This document shows, piece by piece, positions 39,691 through 53,652 of a stretch of DNA of 64,000 bases; position 1 is the stretch's first letter, and every line of letters begins with the position of its first letter. The stretch is from Eledone cirrhosa (taxonomy: Eukaryota): contig OZ024743.1 in the NCBI GenBank assembly GCA_964016885.1, positions 58,404,001-58,468,000 of the forward strand, written 5' to 3'. The notes under the pieces were generated by a model, which saw nothing but the letters and a program-made list of their open reading frames with translations, did not search any database and was not told where the DNA came from. A program made the translations under genes and the position numbers.

Positions 39691-40916
39691 ATATATACAC
39701 ACTCACACGTGCGCGTACACACACACACAGATATATATATATATATATATATATATGTTTATCCCGGGTTCAATCAGGGATGACCACAGTAAGTAAGGTA
39801 CTCAATACATAACAGAGTATAAATATTTAATATAAAAATGGCTTCTACTAGACTATATATGTAAAGGCTAGTGGTTCATTTCCACGTATGTAAACGTTTC
39901 ATGCCAGGAGTGTTAAACATCCCCACGGTGATCAAAACTCAGTTATAAAAAATTCAAATTGCTTTTACCACTGATTTGTATCGAGCACTCTGCAAGCTTT
40001 CACGAAAGAAGATAAATGCTATACATAGAATACAAAACCATTCCTAAACATCTCGAAATATGAATAACCATCAATATATGGTCGGTTGCAGAAAAAATGA
40101 ATTGCATATATTCAATTGGCATACGTAGTGTATAGGATGTATTCGTCTGTTAAAGTCCAAAAGCACTTGATGTTATCTTCATATGTTTGAAACATATATA
40201 TATAAACAGGTAAGACCGGTATTGTTATTTATATGCATCCAAATATCATTGATAATACAAGTGAGGCAAAATGCATGAGGGGTGATGTTATGGTCTCACA
40301 TATAATATAGTGAAATGTAAAGTTTATCCAGCATCAATTATGTAAACAAAAACTAAAGAAAAACTTCTAGTAGTGTTTGAAATCTACAAAAATCGAGAAA
40401 GGTAGATAACTCCAATGGGACCAGTTAATCTATATTCAGAAGATGCTATAGTCAACACAATTTGGAATGGTTTGAAAATAAATAAATAAATTAATTACAT
40501 CGTCAATAATTTTAGTCGTTAAAAACCCTGTTATATTTACATATCATTTAGTGGGAGATCTCCTACCCACTTTGGGGAGGGTGTGAGATGTCTTCTCTTG
40601 TGAAAATGGGTATAGCTTAGATTAGTTAAATTCTTCCCATTTCGTCTCATTTCTCCCCGTTTGGGTTTTTAGAGGTTGGCAGGTCTGGTGAAGTGAGAAA
40701 CTTTTCATCGCAAGCTGTAATGTGAGAGTGACCAGATCACAGAACAGCCACGAAGTCTTTGATTCCCCAGGAAATATATAAAAAGTGAATATAATAGATT
40801 CTGTGCGTTCTTCAAACAGCGGAAACTGTTTTCCATAATATGATTCCTTCCGTTTGAACACTCAGTCTCAGAACAAGTCATTTTCCGTTCTACTCATAAA
40901 TAGATACTTGTAAATA

Positions 40917-41340
40917 ATTGTTTCTACTTTAGGCACAAGGCCAGCAATTACCCAGTGCCTTACTGGTACTTTATTCTATCGACCCCGTAAGGATGAAAGG
41001 CAAAGTCAACCTCGGCGGGATTTGAACTCAGATCGTAAAGGGACGTAACTATGCTGATGACATAACTGTTAAGAATATGGCTTTTTAAAAAGGTTATGAT
41101 GTTTAGGAGAAACCATTTCAAGTGCATCGCGTTATTTTCCAGAGAACGGAATAATGCTTTCTGATTTAGACACAAGGCCAACAGTTATGGGGCAGGCGAG
41201 AGTCGATTAAATCGACCCAAGTACGTTACTGGTGCTTTATTTTATTGGCCATATCGGTGGTATTTGAACTTAGAACGTAATGGGCCGTAACTCTATGCTG
41301 CAAAGTATGGTGTCCGACCCTCCACCGATACTGCTCTCAG
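40917..41340 (-). mobile_element. Two SINE family 1 fragments
   Basis: Reverse-complement matches to the SINE 3' end and core (40917-41055) and to an older copy (41155-41335). Confidence 0.7.
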
Positions 41341-42370
41341 CGAATGAAGTATGGTGCCCGACGCTCTACCGACATCGTCCTCAGCGAACGAAATGATAAA
41401 ACTGAACATTCATGACTTCTGGTTTATTTTGTTACGGCTCATTCGTTGCATTTTAATAATTTTCTGCGTTATCTTCCCATTTTGTTCATCTATTCTTTTT
41501 TCAAATAAATCTATGCATTCAGTGTTAACGTTACTATAGTTAGATTCGAATTTAAAATTAATTAGTAATATTTTAATATTCAAACAACAGTTTCGGAAAT
41601 AGAAAATTAATAATCACGTAGATTGCTAAAATATTTCAATTACTGACTGATTTAATGAGTTTTAAATCTGAATTGATAAATGATGGATCATCCGTCGGTT
41701 TCGATGATGAAAATAATTTTGTTTGATCAACTGAACAACCGACTCATTAAAATTAACGGGTATGTGTTTGCGTGTTCTAGAGACACGTGTGCTCTTTACA
41801 TAATCAGCGTGATTCAATGTGAAATGGTCGGTTCTTTGAATTTATAAGTATAGTATATCCGACGGGCTTCCATATTATTTTAGTCTAAGGAGTTGGTCGA
41901 CTCCAAGTTAGTAATATACACTTGCTTAAGATGTTTTGATATGAAAACGAATCCGGACCGTCATGGTATATATTTTTCATTGCATATAAGCCTAACAATC
42001 ATGCTTAAACTGTTTGGTCTTACTAGTGATTTAACATTTAACAAGTAAAATCTTATCTGTATACATACATATGGATATGCACATATGCATACATACATAA
42101 CATTATATATATATATATGAGATGGCGGATTTGTGTTTCTGTTGTCGTTTGTCTCGCAAACCACAACAGAAACACAACCCCCCCCCCATCTCAATTTTAC
42201 TTTTGAAAGAACTGTGAAACCGGTAAAGTAAATAAATAGATATTCCTAAAAGACTCCAGTTGCATTTTCAACTTCTTTTCCTTATATATATATATACTGT
42301 ATATATATATATATATATATATACACACTTCAACAGCATTAAAATAAATATGTGTATATATTTTTGGGAC

Positions 42371-42421
<51 letters not shown>

Positions 42422-42969
42422 AAGACCCCCTTCGGTCATGAATGACCATGGCATTTGCACCTAGAAAGTTTCCCTCTGTTTAAAGAAGAAGAAGAAGACG
42501 AAGAGTATTCATCGACCTCCGTCATTCTCGTCAACGAGTGTTCCAGTTGTTTGACGACCAGAACAGCCTACTCATGAAATTATATTGCAAGTTGCTTACA
42601 AACTTCAGATAGGTCTGCCCTTAACTTAATTCCCGGGGTCATTTGGCATGACACAGTGTGTAGCAAGGATGGTCATTTGTAACGAGAGCAGCAAGCTTTT
42701 TTACAGCTGAATGCACTGGAATAACATGGAATATAGTGTTTTTTCTCCAGGATTCAACGTATCACCGAGAATCGAACTCACGTTCTTACGATTACGAGTC
42801 TAACACTTGAAACCCTAAACCACGTACCTACACTCAACAAAGGTACAAGAGGATCATATATATATGCTTTATTTTAAGGAATTCACCGAAGCACAATGGG
42901 TAGGTGATTGGGGTTCAGGAGTGGGCGGGTTAATGTTAACTAAGAAAAATGACCGAATTTTGTACTTAC

Positions 42970-43127
42970 CTAAGCAATATTAAATAACCTGGAACAATTG
43001 AAAATGTACCCGTAAAAGACTTCAATAGATCCACCCCAACGTATGGATAGAGATACGGACAATCAGTGTCGCATAGTCCAGATTCTGCTGTGCCGTGAAA
43101 TCCGATACATTTGCAGGAAGAATATAT
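42970..43127 (-). CDS. SLCO: SLCO coding exon 7
   Basis: tatttcag|ATA TAT; encodes IYSSCKCIGFHGTAESGLCDTDCPYLYPY...GYLILLR; donor AG|GTAAGT; 158 nt, phase 0-2. Confidence 0.93.
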
Positions 43128-43142
43128 CTGAAATAGAATAAT

Positions 43143-43328
43143 TGTTTCTACTTTAGGCACAAGGCCAGCAATTACCCAGTGCATTACTGGTACTTTATTT
43201 TATCGACCCCGTAAGGATGAAAGGCAAAGTCAACCTCGGCGGGATTTGAACTCAGATCGTAAAGGGACGTAACTATGCTGGAAAGCATGGCGTCCGACCC
43301 TCTACCGATACTGCCAATCCACCGCCCT
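43143..43328 (-). mobile_element. SINE family 1 inserted at the exon-7 splice acceptor
   Basis: 14-bp TSD TGAAATAGAATAAT at 43129-43142 and 43329-43342. Confidence 0.9.
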
Positions 43329-44008
43329 TGAAATAGAATAATGACAGATAGATAGAGGGATATTCAGCAACGCTATGGGATTGAAATAGGCCTTCATCAG
43401 TTTCGACGAGGAGTGTTCCATCTTTTCACTTAAATGAACAATCAACGAGATATATACCCCAGGTTGTGTTTCTCTTGTTATACTGAGAGTGTTGTGAGTT
43501 TTCAGTTGTCAATCAACGGAAGAGATTGCTCGTAGATTTAACCATTTGCGTAGTTTTCAGAGACATCCAACTTGACATAATATGTAATAAGTCTGAATAT
43601 TTGAATCACAAAAACAGTTAATTTGACGGCTTCTATACATTTTCCGTTTAATCAGTTTAAGTTAAACGTCGTGGGTCAACCTGAGGCTATATTAACAGAC
43701 CTGTCAACTCTTCCCGTTCGACGGGAAGATCTCCCACTCATGTTGGGTTGGGTGAGAGATGTCTTCTCTTGTGAAAAAGATTATGTAAAATCTCCTCGTT
43801 TTGCCCCATTTCTCCCCGATTTGGGGCACATGTTTTCATGGTACTCTCCGTTTGGATTTTCAGAGGTGTGTAGTTCTGATAATAATGACGGTTGCTTAAG
43901 ATGCCATGAAGTTTGTATGAAACCAGAAGCTAATGATTGCGAACCAAACGCCTTAAACATTCAACCATGCTGCGTCAGCGTTTATCATATATAAACTAAA
44001 GAAATATA

Positions 44009-44133
44009 ATTGTTTCTATGTTTGGCACAAGGCCAGCAATTACTCAGTACATTACTGGTACTTTATTTTATCGACACCGTAAGGATTTAAGGCAAAGTTA
44101 ACCTCGACGGGATTTGAACTCAGACCGTAAAGA
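44009..44133 (-). mobile_element. 5'-truncated SINE family 1
   Basis: TSD ACTA(A/G)AGAAATATAAT. Confidence 0.75.
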
Positions 44134-44668
44134 AACTAGAGAAATATAATGCTATAGAAGTCAAACAGTGAAAAAGAGTACTACATGGGTGTTTTATATC
44201 CTACATAGAGAATAGAATTATATCTGTAACACAATATATAAAACATGTTATGTATGTTTTTGAGCATTCCAAGTGTATCCTTAACGTAGTTCTCAGGGAG
44301 ATTCAGCGTGACAAGGCTGGCTATTCGAATTGTCTTATAACTTCTCATTCATTCGGTTGAGTATGGGCAAACGGTTGAGAACTTCGTTATCTAATCTCAG
44401 AAACTGTTTGGAAGAATTACACTGAATGTTAAGACTACACAAGTCTATGGAATGCAGTTGACGCTTTGAATTACATTTTCAATTCAACCGACGGGCTTCC
44501 CAACTGCCCCATCCATCAAATCTCCCCAACAAGCCATGAATGGACCGAGGCTACGGTAAATAACACCTGCCCAAGGTGCCACATAGTGAGATGGAACTCT
44601 GGACGTAATGATTGTGAAACAAATCTCTGAAGCATTGGGTTATGCTGTATCTACACTGAAACTATATA

Positions 44669-45014
44669 CTCTCGCTTATTAATTTTTCAGATTTTTTCCA
44701 ACTCCTCCCTACTTATTGCACCCCACCCCCACTTATTAAATTTTGTTAAACTATCTCAGGTGAAATTTATTTTAAGTGGTAGCATTCTGGAAACGATTAA
44801 TTCTCTTTATCTATTAAAAAAACATTGTATATGACAAAAAATATACATTAATAAAATCCCATACGTTATAAAATAAATAGAACGAGTTGGAGCTTTCAAA
44901 AGGTACATTTAACGACTAATTCTTGTTTAAAAAAATTAACGGAGACAACCTAGAACAATAACTGATTTTCGAACCACGTCGGTTATTCTGTCCCTTTTTG
45001 GGGGGACCCAAGCG
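44669..45014. mobile_element. MITE copy, degenerate
   Basis: TA|CTCTCG...GGGACCCAAGCG|TA; internal similarity to the 34412 copy. Confidence 0.55.
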
Positions 45015-45429
45015 TATATTTAGACTGGCTATGAAGTAAATTTCTCTCTTATTTACGTAAAGTAACCGGCATCTCTATTGTAGGAAAATTGTAAAATATG
45101 GCTATCATTTTTGAAAATGATTAATTATATCTGATTTTCCAACCCACTTATAATTATTCATGTTCCTAATATAGAATGCAATTCATTTCACAGCAAAATA
45201 GTTTAAATAATTTAAAACAGAAATTTGAATAGTGGCAACTAGAACATAACAATGACCTTACACAATGATACATTTTCTTTCAAAATATTTGTACCAGAAC
45301 ATATGATGGTAAGTACTATAACATATTGTAAAATAATTGTTTCTACATTTGGCACAAGGCCAGTAATTACCCAGTGCATTACTGGTACTTTATTTTATCG
45401 ACCCCCGTAAGGATGAAAGGCAAAATACA

Positions 45430-45732
45430 AACTGACGAGTGTTCCAGTTTATTCGATCAACGAAATAGCTTATTAATAAAATTAACTTGCAAGTGGCTAA
45501 TCATCCCACGTGTACCTGTAATATAGTTCTCAGGGAGATTCTGCGTGACACAGAATGTGACAAGTCTGGCCCTTCGAAGTATAGGTACAACCAACTCATT
45601 GTTTACAGCTGAGTGAACAGGAGCAACGGGAAATTAAGTCTCTTGTTCATGGACACAACGTACCACTGGGAATCGAATTCACAACATTACGATCGGGAGC
45701 TGAATTCTCTAAACACTAGGCCATGCGCCTTG
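45430..45732 (-). mobile_element. Second tRNA-derived SINE family
   Basis: Head GGCGCATGGCCTAGTG..., B-box GAATTCGATTCC, TTGTGTCCATGAACAAG core; related copies near 25630, 34870, 36800, 42505 and 48340. Confidence 0.65.
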
Positions 45733-46380
45733 ACACAAAATAATATATATTTAGAAGTAACCCAGATTGCGCAAACCGGTATATAAATTAACGCAACTTA
45801 ATATATATATATTTACTATCAACATGAGTACCAATAAAATTCAAATCCTCATGTCCATTTTAGGTCACTACTATGCGATAAGGAATATAAGACCCGCCAT
45901 TACCTATGTTTGTATATTTGTCACGTTACTATAGATTGGTGTGATAAATATTAAATAAATTCAATACATTTTATGAAAACTGCAGATATTGATATCATGG
46001 GACGTGGACTTGTCGAAAAAACGGTCAAAAGTATTTACTTCTTTACCCATTATTCTGTCTAACTAGTGAAACACTTCGATAAAAGCTTACTCCTTTAATG
46101 CACTTTACAAAATGGGTACAACATTGAAAGAACGCCCGGCTTCAATTCTCTAGTTAAACTCGGTGTGTTGCGTGTCCATTGCAGAAACAGCGTCCCTCTA
46201 TCCGTGGGATTATTGGATGGTGTGACGTTAGAGAATCTCTATGTTTCTGAATGAAACTGTACCTGTTGTTTTTAAAACTATTAGTTAAAACATAGTGCAG
46301 ATTAGAAAACAATACATATTAGAAAGCAATTATCGGCTGCTGTATAAGGTTGTTAGAAGGAAGTATTTTCAATAACTTAC

Positions 46381-46516
46381 GCTGGCGTTTACAACAGAAC
46401 ATCCGGCTATACAGGGCGAGAAATAGTTTTCTCCATCAGATCCACAAACAGGGAAGTATTCGTCTGTGCAATTGCATGACATTCCACACTGTTCTTTAGC
46501 AGTAACGTTAGTAAAA
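46381..46516 (-). CDS. SLCO: SLCO coding exon 6 (Kazal-type extracellular loop)
   Basis: atttcag|T TTT ACT; encodes CGMSCNCTDEYFPVCGSDGENYFSPCIAGC; donor GTAAGT; 136 nt, phase 2-0. Confidence 0.95.
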
Positions 46517-46753
46517 CTGAAATTAGCAAAAGATGTAACGAGATTTTGTTATTATTTATATTCATTCAATCTGTTACACCATGATTTACGCAGTTTGATC
46601 CCGGTACATATTATTTCAAATCTAGTATGTATTTTATCGATTGCCTTTTGTCGAACAGCTAGGTTACGGAACATAATATCAAACACAGACACAAACATAG
46701 ATGCGTACACACACACACACACACACACAGACGCACACATATATATATAAATA

Positions 46754-46857
46754 ATTGTTTCTACTTTAGGCACAAGGCCAGCAATTACCCAGTGCATTAC
46801 TGGTACTTTATTTTATCGACCCCGTAAGGATGAAAGGCAAAGTCAACCTCGGCGGGA
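46754..46857 (-). mobile_element. 5'-truncated SINE family 1
   Basis: Matches the 3' part of the 43143 copy. Confidence 0.8.
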
Positions 46858-46905
46858 TAATAATAACAAACAAGAAAGACGGTATCAATTCTTTATTCCT
46901 ATTTA

Positions 46906-46977
46906 TTTTATTATGCGAATTTCGAAGACGTATGGTATTTGTATAACATCTCCCCTACGTGTTCTCTTCAGACAAAA
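46906..46977 (-). ncRNA. Type I hammerhead ribozyme, sense strand in SLCO intron 5
   Basis: TTTTGT-CTGAAGA-GAA.ACGTA...TACGT.TTC-GAAAT TCGC ATA|ATAAAA. Confidence 0.75.
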
Positions 46978-47149
46978 ATCCACATGAGATGTAAATATCC
47001 GTTGAGATGTTGACGGTCACACGAGTTATTCACTTCGATGACTAGCAAGCATATGCCCGATAAATATTCCAGCAGTAGTTCTTATGAACCAACTTTCCTT
47101 AATTGAATTATATATAATATAATATAATATATATATATATTTTTCTATT

Positions 47150-47303
47150 CTAGGGCGGGTAAAATTCCCGAGATCCATGGACGAGTTCTCTGCAGCGGTC
47201 TCTGTCCCTCATTATCGCTGCCATGTCCTGCGTCTCCAACAGACCAGTGTCTGTCCTTAGGGCATCAACATACGTTAACCTTGGTCTTCCTCTTCCAGTG
47301 TGT
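47150..47303 (-). mobile_element. Short 3' fragment of the RTE at 224
   Basis: Nearly identical to 224-377. Confidence 0.85.
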
Positions 47304-48659
47304 TCATATATAAGGAAGAGAAATTGAAAATGCAATTGGAGCCTTTTAAGAATATTTATTTACTTAACCGGTTTTATAATTCTTATGATTCTCAAAATTG
47401 AGGTGGCGAGTTTGTGTTACTGTGTGTGTGTGTGTGTACTACACAAATCTGCAATTACCGTCTACCAAATTCAACTCAACACTTTGGTCAATCCGTGGCT
47501 GTAACAGCAGATACACACCCTACGCTCCACGAATTAGGACTAAATCTAGAACCACGCAGTTGCGAATCGAAATCTTGACTACACAGCCATGTTAACTACA
47601 CAGTCATGTCTGCCCCTATTTTATTCTAAACGATATAGTAATTTTCCGACTCTTTACTTTCTAAGTTCCGATCCTGCCGTAATCAATTTGCCTTTCATTC
47701 TTTCGAGGTGGATAAAAGAAAGTACTGGGTTGATATAACCGACTTTCTCTTCCCATCAAAACTGACGATCTCGTACCATAATGGAAACTATAAAGGTGTC
47801 TACCTCATTTTAGCAACTGTACAGCTCACAAAAGTTTTCGGTTGGGGTTGAATACCTGCTTTATACAGCGATATCTTCAATAAAATCAATAAATTACTAT
47901 CCATCCAAATCACTTGAAAGCGTCCTCAGGGCGCGTCAAGTAGTTCTCAGGTCTTGTAAACGTTTCCGCTCTCGAGTATCTGCTACGAAAAGGTAAGGTA
48001 CTGAGGGGTATCTCACACGAAGTGAAATGCAGGATGCCGATGTGAATGTCATGATGCCATGTATTCGACACAATGTTTATTTTGGAACTTTATCGGTTCC
48101 AACAACGGAACACAATTCTCATGAAATTAACATAGAAAATATTGAAAATTCCCCAAGCATATGCAGTCGTAACGTGTGCAGGTAATATAGGGGGATACTT
48201 TGTATGACAAGTCCAGCCTTTGAACTAAACATGAGCTGAACACCAAAATCAAACAACCACGTTTCTTCGCATTCTCAAGGAATATTTAGATTTTAAAGGC
48301 AAGTTAATTGTCTTGCAACTTGATACCTGAAGGCAGCTGTCCATGGTAAATGATGACAACGTGGTCAGTCGTCGAGAGATAAATGGATGGACGGACTGAT
48401 GAAGGTTCAACGAATTCTAATTCAAAACAATCACATGTGTTGTGGATATTATCCACCATGATATATAAAATGATATTCATTCTCACACTAATGCATGTTT
48501 AACTGGTAGAATTATCTGATAGAGCACGCCAGTCATATCATGAAAAGCAACAGGAATTGAAGCCGTCATCTTATTGAAGAACATGGAAACGCCATGTCCA
48601 GGAATTGAGTCCATCATTTTACGATCTTGAGTTGAACTTGGTAATCACATTCATATGGA

Positions 48660-48876
48660 GAAGTGGTGGATTGGCAGAATCGGTAGAGCGTCTGACGTCG
48701 TGCTTCGTGGCAGAGAGTGAAGTCCCTTTATGTTCTGAATTCAAATTCCACTGAGGAGAGCTTTGCCTTTCATCATTTCGGGGTCGATAACATAAAGTAC
48801 CAGTAACGCAGTGATATTGATTTATTAGACCCCCCGCCCTCCAAAGTGTTGGCCATGTGCCTGACTCAGAAACAAT
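48660..48876 (+). mobile_element. SINE family 1, diverged
   Basis: Head GTGGATTGGCAGAATCGGTAG, core, and 3' AGAAACAATTATT. Confidence 0.75.
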
Positions 48877-49814
48877 TATTATCCCATACGTGACCTACAT
48901 AGTAAAACGGTAGGAAACATAGCATAATACATTAATTGATGTCATAAAGACTGATGTAATATATACAATATTCCTCAACTGATCTTGTATTGGGCAATTA
49001 TTCAAATATCATTCCAAAATACGATTAATGAGCTTATTTTCAATTGTATAGCATTAAGCAGATGCACGCTTAATTCCACTTCATATAGCTCCAATATATC
49101 ACACGCCATATTCCTATATTAACTATTATTAGACACCTACGCTATCTCTATCATAGAACTAATATTTCTGACTAAATACCATCCATGAGCCCTTATCTCC
49201 TGATGCAGTCGTAGGGTTGCGGTCATGGGTATTTAATTCTGGCTGAGCCCAACACCCTCCAAGTCTAAACGCACCGAATTTCTCCCAGAGAAAGTACTAA
49301 CGAGAAAGTGAAAAATATATATAAGGAGAAATCTACCTCCAGTACTGGACATGTACTTTATTTATCACAATTGAAAGGATGACAAGGACTGTTGATGTGG
49401 GCGGGATTTAAACATATAGTGTAGGAAATCAGAACAAACACTACAAAGCATGTTATCGGATATTCTCATGACAATGCCAATTATATTTACAAAGGAAATA
49501 ATTACAACTGTATGTATTAAGGCCGGTAGTCCGAAATAATACCATATAAACACGTAATTCCTACATCAAGCCATATAAAGATGAAAGAGTTTAATCCTAA
49601 TACTATATATTCATAAAGAGTTAACACAGATTATAACCGTGCATTGTATATTCTATGGGACTATTTTTAACTAAGTATACCAGAAAGCAGATATGATAGA
49701 GTGGTAATGACGTTCGCATCAGATTTAATTCATTCGTCTAACAACATAGTTAATTAAAACGATCACAAATGAAAAATTAATATAGAATCAATAAATATGA
49801 AAAGAAATATTTAC

Positions 49815-50016
49815 CCTGTGTGCTGGTGAGAGAGGGGTATATTATTGATTATTATATTGGGACATCCAAAGATGAAACTTAAAGCCTCTATTCCGGCTGA
49901 TAGAAATGTAACCAGCACTTTCAGTTTAAGACAGCCTTGTCTGGATAGTTTCATCTTCGAAGTAAATATTCCTCCAAGCAGTGTTCCCGTGGAAGCACCG
50001 GCAACTTTTTCCAAGC
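49815..50016 (-). CDS. SLCO: SLCO coding exon 5
   Basis: gatcag|GC TTG GAA; encodes GLEKVAGASTGTLLGGIFTSKMKL...FIFGCPN...; donor GG|GTAAAT; 202 nt, phase 1-2. Confidence 0.9.
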
Positions 50017-50061
50017 CTGATCCGGAGGGAAATATCAACTATAATACTACATGTACGTTTG

Positions 50062-50092
<31 letters not shown>

Positions 50093-50127
50093 CACAGGAA
50101 TCAAAGTTATGTTCAAACCATTTATTA

Positions 50128-50172
50128 GCTTACAATTGTTTCATCCAAACCGAGGTTTGGAGTCTTCGGAGC
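50128..50172 (-). ncRNA. Type I hammerhead ribozyme, C4 variant, sense strand in SLCO intron 4
   Basis: GCT-CCGAAGA-C TCCAAACC TC GGTTTGGA T-GAAAC AATT GTA|AGC. Confidence 0.65.
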
Positions 50173-51951
50173 ATTTTTCAATGTTTGTTTACATACATGA
50201 CCTCCTTTCCAACACAAGAGACATACAGATACATATATATATTGATGCACAGTGGGGTGACATCCACTATATTATTTGGGAATGGCAATTTAAATTCAAA
50301 AATTAAAATCATATTAAAACAGAAACAAAGCAAAATTAAAATACAACATCGGCAGTTAACGTAGATAATGCAAGAGGATAGTTTGTTAGTCAGTTGTAGT
50401 AGTTATTGTATGCATTAGTTACATGTGGGTCATGCACGTGTGTCTTGTTTATATATGATTATTGTGCGGCAAGGTGTTATATGCAATACAAGCACTTTAA
50501 GCGGGTAATCAAGAGTATTATGAAGGTTGTAGTGGTAAGGTATTTTTTGTGTATGTTAAAGAAGCTTGTGTGCAGAGAAATAGTATAAATGAGAAGCAAA
50601 ATAAAGTTATGGTTTTTGTATACACCACCATTTTCACAATTCAGGAGACGTAATACATAGTTTATATGTCCTTCACATAATTAACGATGATTCCGTATTG
50701 GATGTTTGATGTATTAAGTTAAATTATTATAGCTTGTTGCGGCTCAGTGTTCTTTAATCCAATTTAATAGAGCAGGTTGTTTCTATTGCGAGAATTTACA
50801 TCGTTTTATTATCCGGAAGTATGTGTGTGATTAAGGGGAGTTAATGCGTGAGGGGAGGTAACTAGCTGATTTCTATAACTAAATTTATTATTCCAACATA
50901 CATTAAAAGGTGTCTCAATTGAGTCCCTTATATATACGGTTATATACAGTTTCCAAATTTAAGTATCCTATCTTAAATTACAGTCTACTCTATCATGAAG
51001 TACTAAAGGTATCTATATTAGGATGATTACTCTATCATAGAGTGCTACAACTGAATATTCCATACGAAGAGTCAGATCTACATATCAAAGTTCTTTGTAA
51101 ATGTAGTCTACTCACAGAACCTGTCAGGGGCCCTATTAGAACCACGTCTATATAAGCCCTGGTAAGCTCTGGGTCAGCGTATGGCTGACTGCATGGCAAA
51201 GTTAAATATCTCTAGGGTAGACCAAAAAACATTTCTCACTTACAATGTCATTAATATATCTATCAAGTTATACATGTATGTATAACTCACATACCACTTG
51301 TGCATAATTCATTGTACTTAACATATAGCTTATACAGCTCTTTTGTGTTAATAAATTAATTCTCTATTTATCTAATGATAGCACTCCATACATACAACAA
51401 CATTTGCACAAATAATTCATTGCTGAATTCGGTGTTTAAAGTTTACATATAATTATATAGTAATATAATACAGTCTAAGTAATTGAAAGTAATTATACTA
51501 AAAGTAGGTGTACATGGGGGTATTTCTAGGGTAAAAGGTTTTAGATAGATGGCACGAATTGTGTTAAGATAGGGTGGATCATTGAGTGTGGAGCTGTGGT
51601 GTAAGGTGTGCTCTTGAGGTGTGTTGCTAGAAGTGGTGATGGGTTCAATCCTGACATTGCTATATATTGGGTTTAAAGTTTTGGAAGGAGTGTCGGAAGC
51701 GGTGCTGGCATGACGCGAACTCTTCCGATTTGTTATTAAGGAGGTTATGGTTTGAGAAGATAATAGTATGAGTCTCAAGTAGACAGAGGTTACAAAATGT
51801 ATTAGATGGTTTGTACGATGTCGCCTTATGAGCTATTTATCTTACTGGTAATAAGGTAGTAATAAATTACTGTCTTTCACTGTTTAGGGTTTAAAATATA
51901 TATAACTATAAAAAGTTTTAGTATATACATAACCCTAAATAGTATCCTTAA

Positions 51952-52035
<84 letters not shown>

Positions 52036-53652
52036 TCTTGTAACTTTTAAAAATGTAAACATACAGACATACAGACACATATACACAATGTATTTCCAAT
52101 ATTAGTTGTGTTGCTTCAATAAAGAAGTTCCCTTTCTAATTACAAGATTCTGGGTTCTAATTTTATATTTTCTTCTGTATTTGGTGAGTTTTCCAAATTT
52201 ATTCATACGTTCAATCCTGTATGTTATTTGTACAAATATGTTGAACATATCAAATTGAATTATAAAATATATATTATCTTCAATCACTTCCACTTGTCCA
52301 TAATCAACACAAGCTAAAGGGTTTTTTTAATACAATCCATCAATGTATTAAAACGCAAATTTCCCAGTATGCATAATTGTTCATATATCCAGTAATCCTG
52401 ATATATATTTTATACCATACCTAGACTCCAAAAATTAAATGCGCACAAAGCTATTGTTGTCAATGTTGACTGTATGGTTTCATTAATCAATTGATAATCA
52501 AAGAGATTATGTGAATATGAGCAGATGACTGCGTGGATAAAGAATATGATTTTCAATTACAAGGTTTGGGTCGATTCCACTGCATAAAAATAATAATATT
52601 GCAGCGATTGTTTGTTTTCTCAGCTATTAAAAGAATACATGCCAAACTAACCATACAAACCCTTATTCCTATCAACAATGTCCATGTGATTCTTTTTTTT
52701 TTTTAAGCTTAGTCACTGGAAGAGTATCAATGCACAAGACCATTTTCAGGGGGTCTCAAAGACAAGGGGGAGGAAGAGTTGAAGCTATCCTCAGACCATC
52801 ATATGCTTTGGCGTTAAGTTTGATTGCGAATTATGTCTATCACCAAAAGATAGCTTAGCAGATACATTGTGTGAATGTTTTGATTATATTTAGAGATGCT
52901 AATATTTCTTATGAATGTCTTTACATAAATGGCTGTGTATCATTTCAAATAAACTAAAAGCTAACAAGTTGATTACGACATTTTCCTTAATTGCTATGAA
53001 ATATTTTAAAGTGTCATATTGCTGTAATTCCATACATTTTACAGCTGTTTTCGCACAACATAAGTGTCATATGTTAGTGTTATATCTACACAATGAATTA
53101 AGATACTTTATGACTAGAACAAATCATAAACTCATAGTTAATTGCTTCAACGTTGTGTGATTACTTTAGTGATTGTGTATGTATATTTCTGCATGTGCAG
53201 CTAACATCGGTTAATATAGTTGTTTTATTGTTAATATTGATGGTGCAATTTTAAGATTAATATTATATCTATGGAAAAATGTCTGTGTCGGAACCTAATG
53301 AGGGATATTTATTTATTAATATTATGAGTGATTAGTCTAACATTAAAAACTAAATTCAAGTTATGAGAATTTTAAAAGTACTAATACACAAGAGTGTTGT
53401 CCTTCTCATACATATAGTACAATAATCATTCACATGCACATATTCAAATAGGCATACACATACACAAACGTACATATTTATACACAAAACCGTACTCACC
53501 TATTATGTGTGTATTCGTGTCACGCACGAAACTGGCATATAAATTGCTACACAGTATTGTTACGATTTCCCACAGATACAGTCTTACACACATATTTTTT
53601 TTCAATCATTTTCTAATTTGTTATCAGTTAAAAATGAAACGAAGCCACTTAC

